Shown: one piece after another, positions 20,501 to 30,800 of the stretch
Numbering within the stretch: position 1 is the stretch's first letter
How the letters are laid out: each line of letters starts with the position of its first letter
Source: a virus
Taxonomy: Duplodnaviria > Caudoviricetes
Virus record (IMG/VR): IMGVR_UViG_3300048591_000242
Span: 64,001-128,000 of that record
Direction: 5' to 3' (one strand)
DNA length: 64,000 bases
Made by a program: the position numbers and the translations under genes
The notes under the pieces: model-generated
Told to the model about the DNA's origin: nothing
Databases searched by the model: none
Seen by the model: the letters and a program-made list of their open reading frames with translations, nothing else

Positions 20501-23500
20501 CTGTCGTATACATCTCCTATTACTCTAGCCCCTGTCTTATAGGAAGACTTTACTAGATCTAAAGCTTTCCTTCCAGCGGATAGACCTAATCCAGATGCCT
20601 TCTTAAGGTAAGCCCCTATTAAGCCTCTGGCTCCTTTAGTCTCTATGGAAATGCCGAATCTATCCACCAATCCTCTGGTATACTCGGCCATAGACAGTAT
20701 CATGTTTCCATCTATATCAACAACGTCACCATCTATCTCATCCATAGTTAGAATAGGCTCCCCTGTCTTCTTAGAGAAATATCCGCCATTACGCATAATT
20801 ACTGCTTTTAACCTGGGTGTATCCTCACCGACTACATAAGCATCTCTTAGGGTATTTGCTCTTTTACGGATAAAGTCTAATACCTTTCCGGGTAACTTAG
20901 CTACTCCTTCTATTATGTTAGCCTGCATATTAAATGCGGCTTTAAAGGGGGCTACTATAGCTGAGAATATAGATCTGTCTTCCTTGGCAAGATAGTTCTT
21001 CATGGACTCGTGTATATTACCTAAAACAGAGCCTCCCATGGATAGACCGGTCTTAGTAATGTTAGCCATACCTTCATAGAAGTTTCCTACTAAGCTAACA
21101 AACTTACCTGCCCCAGATTTCAAACCAGAAACAAAGTTAGTGGGTTTAATAAAACCTTCTTTACCAGTAAGAGCATATACAGTGTTACCACCTGCAGCCG
21201 CGACCTGTTCTAGAAGCACATGGTTTGTTTTGAAATTATCATTAATAGCATCTAGCAATAAATGAAAGTCAAAACTCTTACCTACTTCGTTCTCCGGTAA
21301 ATCCATAGTTACAGCTAACGCCCTAGAGCCGGAATCACCTATTCTCCATTTCTTATCCAACTCCTCTACTAGATCACCACGATGTTTGTCCAGTACCTTA
21401 GATATAGACTCTTCATCTATAGAAGCAGATACGTTAAAACTAGAAGGTAAGGATTCTCTATCCAGTGGCATTTTTGCCTGACTATCTACCACTGTTCTTG
21501 GAGCATAGTTGCTTCTGGTAAAAGACCGCATTGTGTCAGATACATTCGCTACTTCGTCTCTACCGGAGAAACGTTTAGCGATAAGTGCGTTATCTACCTT
21601 ATCTCCTTTCTCGGTGTTCGTGATTATACCTAGATTTCTAAGAATTTCCTTTTCGCCAGTACTATGGTATTTGGATAATGCACTAGTTAGCTCACCGGAG
21701 ATATCACCCAAAGACTTAAGCTTCTTATCTAGCTCTAAAATAGCACCGGCACTTAAATCTTTCTTACCAGACAATGCCGCATCTATTTCCTTAGCATCCT
21801 CATCCTTTATGCTTTTGTCTAAACTATCCAGCTTAAACATATCCATCTTAAAGCGATCTGCTCGCTCACCACTTATAAGAAGTTGATCTATAAGGGACTC
21901 GGTAGCAGACTCACTTAGTTTGGTATCACCTAAGATATTACCGGCTAACTCTCTGGCCTCTTCCCTGCGCTTAGTAATCTTCTCTGAATCAAATACCTTT
22001 CTACCCACAATGTCAGAAGCATCATTTAAACCTATGAAACTTTCCGTGTCGGTAGAAAACACTAATCTATCGTTTTCTGTACCAGTAGCTATATTAGTTA
22101 CTTGCTGCAAAATACGTGATAGATATCCCGGAATAACCTCTATCCAGGTTCTACGCATAAGGTTATCCATACTACCAATCTGATCGGTAGCTGAACTACT
22201 TAACGTATTTAGTATCTTCTTCTGGTTATTTAACTCAGGCATTAGCTCACGTAAGGTTTGAAGAATCATACCGTCTTCATTCTTACTAGATTCAAAGCGC
22301 AAACCTTTCTTAGCTAGATCTTCACTGATTACTTCATTGCCAAACTCATCATAAAGAGCACCTTTTATATCAGAGGATTTCTTTATAACCGGACTATCTT
22401 CATCTGGGCCACTACGATAGCCGCCCTTACGTAATTCTTCTCCAGATAAAATTAATTCACCAGTTTCAGAATTATAAACATCCTTATTTGCAAATTTAGA
22501 GGCTAGCCTATTAGCTAACTCGATACCGGGTACAGAAGACAAGTCTATACCTATATCCTCTCCTCTACCAAACTCTGAAGCCAGTTGCGGTATGTTATTG
22601 ATAAGGTACTGTAACTGAGCCGAGCTTTCCATTAGCTTAGGATTAGCGCGTAGCTTCTCCCCTAGAATCGTAGCTAACTTACTAGCGCCTTTCCCTACAG
22701 CGGAATCAGCTAATAAACCACCGCCCATAGCTAACTTATCTATGCCCATCTCATCCATTTCTACGGACATACTGACGGCGTCAGCAGCACTACCCATAGC
22801 GTCATTTACAGTACTTACCCAGTCCTTTACCTTACCTTTGATGTTACCGGCTATCTTACCGCCAAACTTACTAAAGAATGTAGTGGCGCTTTCAGAAGCA
22901 GATCCCAATAACTGCTCAGTCATTATTCTGGCATAGTTCTCACTCATCTGAATCTTAAGTGGCTCAGGTAGAGCAGAGTTCTTAGTAATGGCATCCAACT
23001 GTTGTCTGGTTGTATCGGCTGAAGTTTTATTAAGAGACAGCATATCCTTAAGAATGAAATACTGTCTCATTTGTAAATCTAGACTCTTACGCTGATAGTT
23101 TTCTAGAATAGTATCCTGATATCCTACGAGCCTACTAATACCCTTAGATATGTTTTCTATACCACCTAATGACTCAGCGTGTCTTACATTTTCAAGTTCA
23201 GAGTCTTTAATGCTTTTTAGAATCTCAAATTCGTCTTTCTTACCCTCTACTTCCTCTCGCTTACCGAATACATCCATCATGGAAGCTTGTATAGAGGCTT
23301 CCACTGGATCTATGGTAGGGGCAGACTGTCCTTTATCTGCAAAATTCTTTAACTTATCAGAAGCCCACTTAGGTAAGACTTTATCTATAGTAGCTGACTT
23401 CTTGTTAATTATAGAACGCAATGCCTCGGCAGCAGGCTCTAACTCTTTCTTGGCGGAATCATATAAGTCGCTACCTACGGATAAGGCATTGTCCGCTATG

Positions 23501-23730
23501 TCTATGGCTGACGAGTAGCCTTCCGGCAAAGCATGAGCTTTTACTGCCTTACCTATAGTTCTAGCCACGGATGTAGATAATACACTATCCAGCGCTCCAC
23601 TAGCTATTCTCTGTACAGGGGTACGATCATCTCTTACCTGATCATTCATGGGGTTGTAGTCTAAATCATCATCCCCTTCAAAGCCTGACCAGTCTGAATC
23701 AAAGTCAAAATCATCAGACATATAAAACAC
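17521..23730 (-). CDS. large tail protein (phiKZ gp181-like, tape-measure/tail lysin) with C-terminal M23 peptidase domain
   Basis: 2069 aa, mostly helical with Gly/Ala-rich hydrophobic segments; M23 motifs 'HTGIDIAA', 'YGHL', 'GSTGNSTGPHLRFE'; adjacent to the vRNAP beta' gene. Confidence 0.85.
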   Translation of the reverse strand: MFYMSDDFDFDSDWSGFEGDDDLDYNPMNDQVRDDRTPVQRIASGALDSVLSTSVARTIGKAVKAHALPEGYSSAIDIADNALSVGSDLYDSAKKELEPAAEALRSIINKKSATIDKVLPKWASDKLKNFADKGQSAPTIDPVEASIQASMMDVFGKREEVEGKKDEFEILKSIKDSELENVRHAESLGGIENISKGISRLVGYQDTILENYQRKSLDLQMRQYFILKDMLSLNKTSADTTRQQLDAITKNSALPEPLKIQMSENYARIMTEQLLGSASESATTFFSKFGGKIAGNIKGKVKDWVSTVNDAMGSAADAVSMSVEMDEMGIDKLAMGGGLLADSAVGKGASKLATILGEKLRANPKLMESSAQLQYLINNIPQLASEFGRGEDIGIDLSSVPGIELANRLASKFANKDVYNSETGELILSGEELRKGGYRSGPDEDSPVIKKSSDIKGALYDEFGNEVISEDLAKKGLRFESSKNEDGMILQTLRELMPELNNQKKILNTLSSSATDQIGSMDNLMRRTWIEVIPGYLSRILQQVTNIATGTENDRLVFSTDTESFIGLNDASDIVGRKVFDSEKITKRREEARELAGNILGDTKLSESATESLIDQLLISGERADRFKMDMFKLDSLDKSIKDEDAKEIDAALSGKKDLSAGAILELDKKLKSLGDISGELTSALSKYHSTGEKEILRNLGIITNTEKGDKVDNALIAKRFSGRDEVANVSDTMRSFTRSNYAPRTVVDSQAKMPLDRESLPSSFNVSASIDEESISKVLDKHRGDLVEELDKKWRIGDSGSRALAVTMDLPENEVGKSFDFHLLLDAINDNFKTNHVLLEQVAAAGGNTVYALTGKEGFIKPTNFVSGLKSGAGKFVSLVGNFYEGMANITKTGLSMGGSVLGNIHESMKNYLAKEDRSIFSAIVAPFKAAFNMQANIIEGVAKLPGKVLDFIRKRANTLRDAYVVGEDTPRLKAVIMRNGGYFSKKTGEPILTMDEIDGDVVDIDGNMILSMAEYTRGLVDRFGISIETKGARGLIGAYLKKASGLGLSAGRKALDLVKSSYKTGARVIGDVYDRGMDVAKGVTGRFKGLDHAQVIEMIKANTINNPSFDPTAMMDRIKQMNPEAINKLIESGKFKIPDGIDAKEWILEQLSAGKNLFANAAGSVRDSLSDFKLPGFIGLDETNAILNKQVGYLDRIYKHISNDNTDYDDYNESDPIVVTPDGTAIPMGKRSGRIEEEESQQQNSYTRTGEIDTRDEDDTEKYSIKAYMAESLETLKTISTNTVAEAKRKISGDSDDDGLRDNSWRAILARRKAKAEAASDAKAESKPTKEKKEKESPFDFLTKAIAGVAGMVGGAVSKIGDLVAMLLGGKALGSIFGGGPDLPDMGKDGKPKTKGGKLAKLGGMLKSGGSKALGLLGGAGGAAIRAAGMLIPSGVATAATTATAATTAAISSGAATVGGAIASVGVLPLVLGAAAIGGLAYGGYKLYKHLSYGSSVEPLEGLRFLQYGAKLNDEELIYCIRRLEDGALSEISWSGNVPSLDEDVAWFFKEYAEDFGMFLDNEADAVQWGTWFTKRFVPVFFTHLAVLKGMDSGVDLDDVDDELDDSMKLKYITSVQFTEKDIRETGVDPYRWTASPKKGTKIESNVELISEYVKALIASLDTTKELDDFDPLSILPKPVETSAKAKSNISLAKSKMRSSADIGEDYKDEASYVSLDNVIRNAGQYSDLNKKDINDKENILLPLSTGMLTSEFGERDDPFDGTKRNHTGIDIAAPMGTDVVSAMEGVVVRKGNSKTAGKVIYIEHPDGTSTRYGHLSDFDDNLTVGGTVTKGQLIGYVGSTGNSTGPHLRFEHIGKDNKPMDPLASVEPSIKTALQKELNDRNKRLEGLAKQDMDIPEVKGTSAVATMVAKDNIRESADFEEYEAGGMGGPEDVFPEFGRRRMVAGAAVELADMLAKLSSSETKEKPSLSVATDKTDVLVSTMLKSQEALANKAGEQRNTQIAGQKVVIEKLDALLMAISEQRVIEVSKGENNETKTTKPVANKSKQGPGNSWGKTQYTTGVLNYDQ

Positions 23731-23792
23731 TCCTCTAAAACGCTATTGCATTTATAATACAAATGATTCCCCTAATGTTTCAATGGTTTCTT

Positions 23793-23805
23793 AGGTATAT
23801 ATAAC
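23793..23805 (+). promoter_or_regulatory. putative early promoter AGGTATATATAAC
   Basis: Motif variant preceded by TTCAATGGTTTCTT, nearly identical to the context at 61274-61300. Confidence 0.65.
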
Positions 23806-23875
23806 AGTACTGAAGGATAACAAAGTCCTTTGTTATGTTTTTTATTATAGGTATAACCTAAAAGGAAATACTAAT

Positions 23876-24382
23876 ATGAATCTTAAGAACTCGCATTTAA
23901 TAGACGGCGTGTTGGAAGAAGGAGATCCTATCTCCAACAACAGACTATTATTCTCACACCCGTACAACAATGATTATTGTATCGTACTGGATGGTGATAG
24001 CGCATATGTAATACCTAAAGACAATGGTGGTGATAACTTCACAACCTATGACTTTGATCCAACCACTTCTTTACTATGCAAGATAGTTGGCGATAACATA
24101 AAGGTTGCTACGTTACCCCTAATGGATGGGGATGTAGTTGTAGATACCAGCCCGTCGTATGTAGGACGCGCGCTGCACATAGAAAATGAATGTGGTGGTT
24201 GTGGTAGACCGCTATCTATATATGCGGCTAACGTAGATGAATTTGATGAGTTATCAAAAACACATCATGTTTATGATGGACTTCAAAACCACACATTGGA
24301 AGAAGCCGGTTTAGAAGCCGATGAAGTAGATTTAGTTATTGTAACTAGATCTAGTCGTTGTATGGATTGTAAAGAATACTAA
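23876..24382 (+). CDS. hypothetical protein, possible zinc-binding (CGGC...CMDC)
   Basis: Two CxxC motifs. Confidence 0.65.
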   Translation: MNLKNSHLIDGVLEEGDPISNNRLLFSHPYNNDYCIVLDGDSAYVIPKDNGGDNFTTYDFDPTTSLLCKIVGDNIKVATLPLMDGDVVVDTSPSYVGRALHIENECGGCGRPLSIYAANVDEFDELSKTHHVYDGLQNHTLEEAGLEADEVDLVIVTRSSRCMDCKEY

Positions 24383-24425
24383 TATTAAACCTTAATAAAG
24401 GGTATAACCCTAAAGGAGAATAGCT

Positions 24426-25088
24426 ATGGCTATATACGGCATAGGCGCTATGTGTGGTGGTAATCACGACTATTCACTGGATTGTGCGCTGGGTAATTAC
24501 GTTTTTATAAACTGTCCCAGGGGGAAGAAGCCATCCATAGACAGGGTATTTGATTCAATGTCACTAGGCGACATAGTCTATGTAAAAACCACCAACCAAT
24601 ATGGCTTATATATTAAGTCCGTACACCTGGTAGTAAATGATGAGATAGAGCACATCTTAGATCGTGCCAACAGAGTAACCGGTTATAAAAGAAAAACCAT
24701 TTGCCTGTGGTATGGTAAGAATGCTAACAAATGGACTTACCTTTCTAAGAACATTGATGACCTACACTACATGCGTATGGGTCCAATTTATCCTGAACTA
24801 GGAGATAAGGTGGTGGATTCCATAAACGTTAAAGTATTAATGGATTGTGGTAAGATAAAACAACCAGTTAAACCCACTACGTTTGAAGAGGCTATAAAAA
24901 GAGTACTAGCTGGAGAGATGTTTACTGATAGAGAGACTCTTTTATTAACTGACATGGATGAACTAGTCGCCCATGCTCAAGCTAGAATGGGTTGTCTTGT
25001 AGGTGATCAGGATATTAGAGCGGCTAAGGATATAAATGGTTGTACCCCAGAGGATATTTATAACAGCCACAATTACGGTAGTAGATAG
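24426..25088 (+). CDS. hypothetical protein, possible EVE/PUA-like N-terminal domain
   Basis: 'MAIYGIGA...MSLGDIVYVK...LYIKSV' pattern; RBS AAGGAG. Confidence 0.5.
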   Translation: MAIYGIGAMCGGNHDYSLDCALGNYVFINCPRGKKPSIDRVFDSMSLGDIVYVKTTNQYGLYIKSVHLVVNDEIEHILDRANRVTGYKRKTICLWYGKNANKWTYLSKNIDDLHYMRMGPIYPELGDKVVDSINVKVLMDCGKIKQPVKPTTFEEAIKRVLAGEMFTDRETLLLTDMDELVAHAQARMGCLVGDQDIRAAKDINGCTPEDIYNSHNYGSR

Positions 25089-25099
25089 TTATAATAGAT

Positions 25100-25135
25100 A
25101 AAGGAGGGAATATCATCCTCCTTTATTTTTTTAGT
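25100..25135 (+). terminator. canonical intrinsic terminator
   Basis: AAGGAGG/CCTCCTT stem followed by a T-tract. Confidence 0.65.
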
Positions 25136-25157
25136 TTTTAAAAAGAAAAGGTGTAGT

Positions 25158-26786
25158 ATGAAAATAGCAAAGGTACCTTTCAATATTTCGATAATGAGTA
25201 ATCTACAACAAACAGTAGCAGGCTTACTCCCAGTTAGGGATCTAGGTATTATAGATAACAACACTGGGGATTTTGTAGAGACCGGCTTATACAGTAATAC
25301 TATCTTTGGACGCGTAGGTACTCCAGAGAGAAACAAAAGACACGGTTATATAAATCTACGGTGTCGCGTACTGCATCCAAAGATCTTTGAGGAACTAAAC
25401 CGCTTAGGTGGTTTATACAAAGAGATAATGCGCGGTAAAGCATATGCCAAATGGGATGACAAGTTACATGACTTTGTAAAAGCAGATATCCTAGAGGGTA
25501 GTACAGGCTATTCTTTTTTTATGAAACATTACGATGACATAAAGTTTAAACGTAATAAGTCTAATAAACGTAACTTAAGAATAGAGCTTATAAATAAGTA
25601 TCGAGCTGTAAGTAAAATCCATTTCTTTATTGTATTACCTGCAGGTCTACGAGACGTACGTATATCTGAGGATGGAAGGCCTGTAGAGGATGACATTAAT
25701 AAGCTATATAGAAAGATACTTATTACTACAAGTGGTATACCTGAGAATATGGCTTTTAAAGAAGACCCTTCTCTGGATAGCGTTAGATGGTCTATTCAGA
25801 ACAACATACAGGCCGTTTGGGACACTATTGTAGGTACCTTAGGTGGTAAGAGTGGATTCCTGCAATCTAAGTGGGGTTCTCGTAGAGTAGCACATGGTAC
25901 TAGAAACGTAATTACTGCTATGGACCCAGGCTCCGATGTATTAGGTTCACCTAGGTCGTTTGATAACAGTACTACTTTAGTAGGTTTAAACCAAACTATA
26001 CGTGGTATAGAGCCAGTTATTACCAGGTATGCCATGGTAAACGGCATAGCCTCCGATCTAATAACCAATATGGATAACGGAGTTACCTTAGTGGATAGGA
26101 AGACACTACGCAGTAAGGAAGTTCTACCTAGTGAAAAAGAGAGAGTAAACTGGGGTACAGTGCAGGGCAGGTCAGATTTAATTAGCCATTTTGAACAAAA
26201 AGAAAATAGGCATAATCCAGTAATAGTAGAAGGACATTATCTAAAGCTTATATACACAGATGACGTAGGATTTAAGCTATTAGATGGAATAGAGGATTTA
26301 CCCTCAGATAAAGATCCTACTTTAGTTAGACCTCTTACTTGGGCTGAGTACTTCTATATTACTACGGCCCCTGTAATGAATCGAATACGCTGTCACGTTA
26401 CTAGATATCCAATAACTGGATCTGAGTCTACCTATCCTTCAGTGCCTTATCTGAAGACTACAGTTACTGCAAAACAACTCTACCAGTATAATGGGCAATG
26501 GGCAATAGATTCTGATTCTAAACTATTTACAGAATTTCCAGACTCGGTAGCTAAGCTAGAGTTTATGGATTCTGCCAGCCCACACATAAGTTCAATAGCT
26601 GGGCTAAACGCCGATTACGATGGCGACACAATTTCCATTCAGTATGTCTTCTCTGATGAGTCAGTAAAAGAAGTGGACGGTAAATTAAACTCTATTTCTA
26701 ATTACCTTACTACCAGCGGTGAGTTACATCAGAGCGCCGGAAACGGTATAACTAAAAGAATTTTCCATAATTTTAGTGGTTTCTAG
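25158..26786 (+). CDS. virion RNA polymerase beta'-like catalytic subunit (phiKZ gp180-like)
   Basis: 'GLYSNTIFG', 'GYINL', 'LPAGLRD', 'HVTRYPI', catalytic 'NADYDGD'. Confidence 0.93.
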   Translation: MKIAKVPFNISIMSNLQQTVAGLLPVRDLGIIDNNTGDFVETGLYSNTIFGRVGTPERNKRHGYINLRCRVLHPKIFEELNRLGGLYKEIMRGKAYAKWDDKLHDFVKADILEGSTGYSFFMKHYDDIKFKRNKSNKRNLRIELINKYRAVSKIHFFIVLPAGLRDVRISEDGRPVEDDINKLYRKILITTSGIPENMAFKEDPSLDSVRWSIQNNIQAVWDTIVGTLGGKSGFLQSKWGSRRVAHGTRNVITAMDPGSDVLGSPRSFDNSTTLVGLNQTIRGIEPVITRYAMVNGIASDLITNMDNGVTLVDRKTLRSKEVLPSEKERVNWGTVQGRSDLISHFEQKENRHNPVIVEGHYLKLIYTDDVGFKLLDGIEDLPSDKDPTLVRPLTWAEYFYITTAPVMNRIRCHVTRYPITGSESTYPSVPYLKTTVTAKQLYQYNGQWAIDSDSKLFTEFPDSVAKLEFMDSASPHISSIAGLNADYDGDTISIQYVFSDESVKEVDGKLNSISNYLTTSGELHQSAGNGITKRIFHNFSGF

Positions 26787-26795
26787 GCAAACCTT

Positions 26796-26808
26796 GGATA
26801 TATATTAC
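26796..26808 (+). promoter_or_regulatory. putative early promoter GGATATATATTAC
   Basis: Motif variant upstream of the BspA-like gene. Confidence 0.6.
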
Positions 26809-26860
26809 AATTATGTAATATTACATAATTGTTTAGCTAAATATCCCAAAGGAATATGCA

Positions 26861-27718
26861 ATGAAAGTAACTAAAGAACAACTAATTGAAATAATTAAAA
26901 GTTCATCCATACACGCTGATCTTAACCACTTAGATGTATCTGATATTAAGGACATGTCTAATGTATTTTATAAAACCAGATTCAATGGAAGCATACACAG
27001 ATGGGACGTTAGTAATGTAACTAACATGTACGGGATGTTTAAGGAATCCAGGTTTAATGGAGATATTAGTAACTGGATAGTTAATAAAGTAGAAAACATG
27101 TCTAACATGTTTGAAAATTCTATTTTTAACGGAGATATATCCAGGTGGCGTACGATTAAAGTGAAAGACATGACAAGCATGTTTTATAACTCATGTTTTA
27201 ATGGAGACATATCTAGATGGGATGTTAGTAATGTTACCAGCATGATGGATATGTTTAACAGATCACTATTCAATGGAGATATCTCAGAATGGGATGTATC
27301 CAGTGTAACCAATGCGTCATTTATGTTCAATAGATCAAAGTTTAATAGGGATATTAGTAAGTGGAAAACATCTAAGGTAACTTCCATGTTAAATATGTTT
27401 AATGAATCTATTTTTAACGGAGATATTAGTAAGTGGGATGTCCGTAAGGTACGGAATATGTTTTATATGTTTCGTAAATCCAATTTTAACGGGGACATTG
27501 GTGAATGGAACGTGTCTTCTGTAACTGATATGTGCGCTATGTTTGAAGGTAGTGTGTTTAACAGAGACATTAGTAAATGGGAAGTGGGTAAGGTAAAGGA
27601 CATGTCACGTATGTTTAAGGCATCTAAGTTCACAGGGGATGTATCTAACTGGAACATCAAACCAAAGGCCGTCACTACAGAAATGTTTTATAAAACCAAC
27701 CAGACTATCCATTTATAG
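26861..27718 (+). CDS. BspA/DUF285-type repeat protein
   Basis: About ten 24-aa repeats FNGDISxWDVSxVTxMxxMFxxSx. Confidence 0.9.
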   Translation: MKVTKEQLIEIIKSSSIHADLNHLDVSDIKDMSNVFYKTRFNGSIHRWDVSNVTNMYGMFKESRFNGDISNWIVNKVENMSNMFENSIFNGDISRWRTIKVKDMTSMFYNSCFNGDISRWDVSNVTSMMDMFNRSLFNGDISEWDVSSVTNASFMFNRSKFNRDISKWKTSKVTSMLNMFNESIFNGDISKWDVRKVRNMFYMFRKSNFNGDIGEWNVSSVTDMCAMFEGSVFNRDISKWEVGKVKDMSRMFKASKFTGDVSNWNIKPKAVTTEMFYKTNQTIHL

Positions 27719-27725
27719 CAATAAA

Positions 27726-27755
27726 AATAAGGGAGCTTTCCCTTATTTTTTTTTC
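27726..27755 (+). terminator. canonical intrinsic terminator
   Basis: AATAAGGGA/TCCCTTATT stem followed by a T-tract. Confidence 0.65.
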
Positions 27756-27815
27756 ATAAACAACATATTTGTAATTTTACAAATAGAATGGCATATACTT
27801 AGGAGTATAGTCAAT

Positions 27816-30800
27816 ATGTTACCTTACAAAACCTACTTCCTAAAACATGTAGCGAAGAATCTACAACAGCTAATGTCTAGGAAGCCAAGCAAAGCAGAGA
27901 CCATTACTCTACCGGCAGATACACTCATTCACCACATGAGTGATAGCCCGTCTGAGTATGGTATTCGCCTATCTCATCCTTTATTAGTAAATGATAAGCT
28001 ACCTATTAGAGTAAGTCATGTATTGGAATTATCAAGTCATGAAGGTGACCCCAAGCCTCGGGTGCTAAATGAGAATAAACTGATTACTAATTACTTTAAA
28101 GATAGACCCAGTCTGTTTACTAGACTTAAGAAGATAGATAGGGCTATGAAGGAGAGTCGAGCAGTAGTGGTATTTGACTATTCTACTTTACCCCATAAGT
28201 ACTATTATCTAAAGTCAAAGCTTTCCCATATTCACGAGTACAATAACCTTATTGCTACTCAGTTTAACTCCGCTATTGAAGTAGGTATACAGAAAAATCA
28301 GTTTATGTGCTTTAGACTACCTACGGCACTACCTGATCTAATGCAGTTTAGAACTACACCGAATCCAATGCCTACGGCTAAAGTAGATTTGTGGGAGGAT
28401 GAAGACGCTTTAGGTTTACTGTATATCTGGAATCTACTAGATGAGCCTACTAAGTTTCCTAGAGAAGCAGCCTCTAGTATTACCTTAGCTTTCTATGATG
28501 CTGATAACGTAAGTCAAGTTAACCTAGGCGATCTACTAGAGTGGGCTGAGAAAGACGTTAAAATTACTAAGAATGTTTTATATAAAGCATGGAGTAGTTT
28601 AATGTCTACGCGCACTACTGTAGACAGTGAGGCTTTGGAGGGGGTAGAAGAGACTCCTGAAGAGGGAGGCGTAGTACAGGAGAACGACTTTACTGAAGAG
28701 CCTTCAGAGTCTGAAGAATTACCGAAACCAGTAAAAGAGATAGCTGCTACTACAGAAGATCCAGTTAAGCAAACTGAGACCACTGTAATAGATAACGAAG
28801 TTGTTAATTTTGAAGTGCCGGTGTTTGAGGGTGATGTTAATATAGCAGAGCGTACCTTAAACGAGTCTATGGCTGAATTAGCTTCAGTGGGTAGACTAAG
28901 TACCGCTGAACAAAACAGACTACGTACTATATCCAGAAACTACAAGAAAATAAAGAATCCCTTTGGGGAGGGTACGCTGGAGGAGCTAACTGTTATAAAG
29001 CCAGAATCTCTGGTTATCTCCAGTGAGGACCACAACATACCTGAGAAGAAATTTGTTTTAGACAAAGGTATGCTTAATAGCACAGTAAACGATTTTACAG
29101 GTAAATATGTAAAAGAGCTTTTACAAAAGGATGTAACTAAGGCCGTATTAAACGTACAAAACGCCGGAGTACTGGTAAAGGATTACAAAGTAGAAAACAA
29201 GAAGGACGCCATTAATGACTATAACGAATATACGGTTGAGTTGGTGCCTATAAATGGTAAAGCTTCTACTGTTAAATTCAGATTACCCGTTGTAAATGAA
29301 GACGGTGAGTTCCTGGCAAATAATACCCTATATAAACTCGATAATCAGAAAAACGATCTTCCGATTCGTAAGATTAGAGGGGATCGGGTGGCTCTTACTA
29401 GTTACTATGGTAAGGTCTTTATAGATAGAAGTCCAAAAGCTGTAAATAACTACGGTAGATGGATTACTACTAAAATAACTAAAGCAGCTATGGATTCCGA
29501 TGTATCTAACATAACTGATTTGGTGTTCTCTAATGCATCATTGCCTAATGTGTCCCTACCTAGGGCATATACGGCCGTAGCCTCTAATATACTTAAGTTT
29601 ACTTCAGGTAGATTTAGTATGTATTTCGGATATAGCAACAGGGAAGAGGTTTTTAGTAAAGAAGCATTGGACCTGGTAGAATCTAAAGGCCTAACTATTT
29701 GTGGTTTCCAGAGTGATGCTAAGGGCATCTACCTGGGCATGGATAAAGACGGTATGATCCATGTGGTCTCTACTAAAGAAAACAAAACTATAGGTAATCT
29801 TTCTGAGCTTATAGGTTTAGGTTGGGGCGATGGCCCTATTGAGTTCGCTGAGGTTAAGGTATTTGGTAGGTCTGTACCAATGGTATTATTCTTAGCGTAC
29901 ATTTACGGGCTATCTACATTACTTAGTAAAACCAAAATACCACATCGTTGGGTGGATAGTGGCAACCAGTTAAATCTAGGTCCACATGAGTATCGTTTCA
30001 GATTTAGAAATGAGTCATTGGTTATAGATACTCGTGCTAGATTAGCTAGCATGATTATAGGTGGTTTATCTGCTGTAAAAAGGATTACTCCAGACTATGA
30101 TTCCTTTGACTTTAATAAGAAAGGTATTTATGGCCATGTCTTTGATATGTTGGGTTTAGGCAGACATTTACTAAAAGAGATTTCTCTTATGGATAAGATG
30201 TTTGTTGATCCTATTACTAAGGAGATATTGGAGTCTAGGAAGGAGCCGACTGAACTACGAGGAATGTTGGTTTATGCTGCGGAGCTATTGTTAGATGATA
30301 ATGCCCCGCATGAGATGGACCCTGAATGGATGAGAGTGCGTGGCTATGAGAGATTCTCCGGCTTTGTTTATAACCAGTTGGTTTCTGCCATACGTACTCA
30401 CGGCAACGCCCCTAATCCAGCAAGAGCACAGGTGTCTATTAATCCTACGGCAGTTTGGGGAGATATACTAGCAGACACCGCCGTGTTATTGGTGGAGGAG
30501 TCTAATCCCATTCATAACCTAAAGGAGAAGGAAGGTTTAACGTTCTCAGGACAGGGTGGTAGAAACTCCAAGACTATGGTAGAGCGCACTCGCGTATTTC
30601 ATGAAAATGACATAGGCGTAATATCTGAATCTACTCCAGACTCAGCTAAGGTAGGTATACGTAGTTACATGCCACCTAATGCTAAGCTAAATAGTTTAAG
30701 AGGGACTACCGTAAGGTTTGATTTGGAAAAGGACAGTGCGGCCTCTGCTTTATCTACTACCGGACTATTAAGTCCTAGTGGTACACAGCTCGATGGCAAA

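Noticed and set aside
17864-23518. Many antisense ORFs on the + strand inside the gp181-like gene (e.g. 19403-19924), and similar ones at 35300-35848 and 56918-57463
   Set aside because: They are shadows of codon bias in real genes on the opposite strand, with no RBS or recognisable motifs.
26605-26630. NADYDGD instead of NADFDGD in the RNAP catalytic loop
   Set aside because: All three Asp residues are intact, and the Tyr variant is seen in phage multisubunit RNAPs.
26980-27700. 72-nt periodic repeats that could be mistaken for a CRISPR array
   Set aside because: They are degenerate in-frame coding repeats of the BspA/DUF285 protein, with no invariant repeat and unique spacer pattern.
27639-27815. 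ORF-track N-terminal extension of the vRNAP beta subunit
   Set aside because: It overlaps the BspA gene and a terminator; the AGGAG RBS supports ATG 27816.
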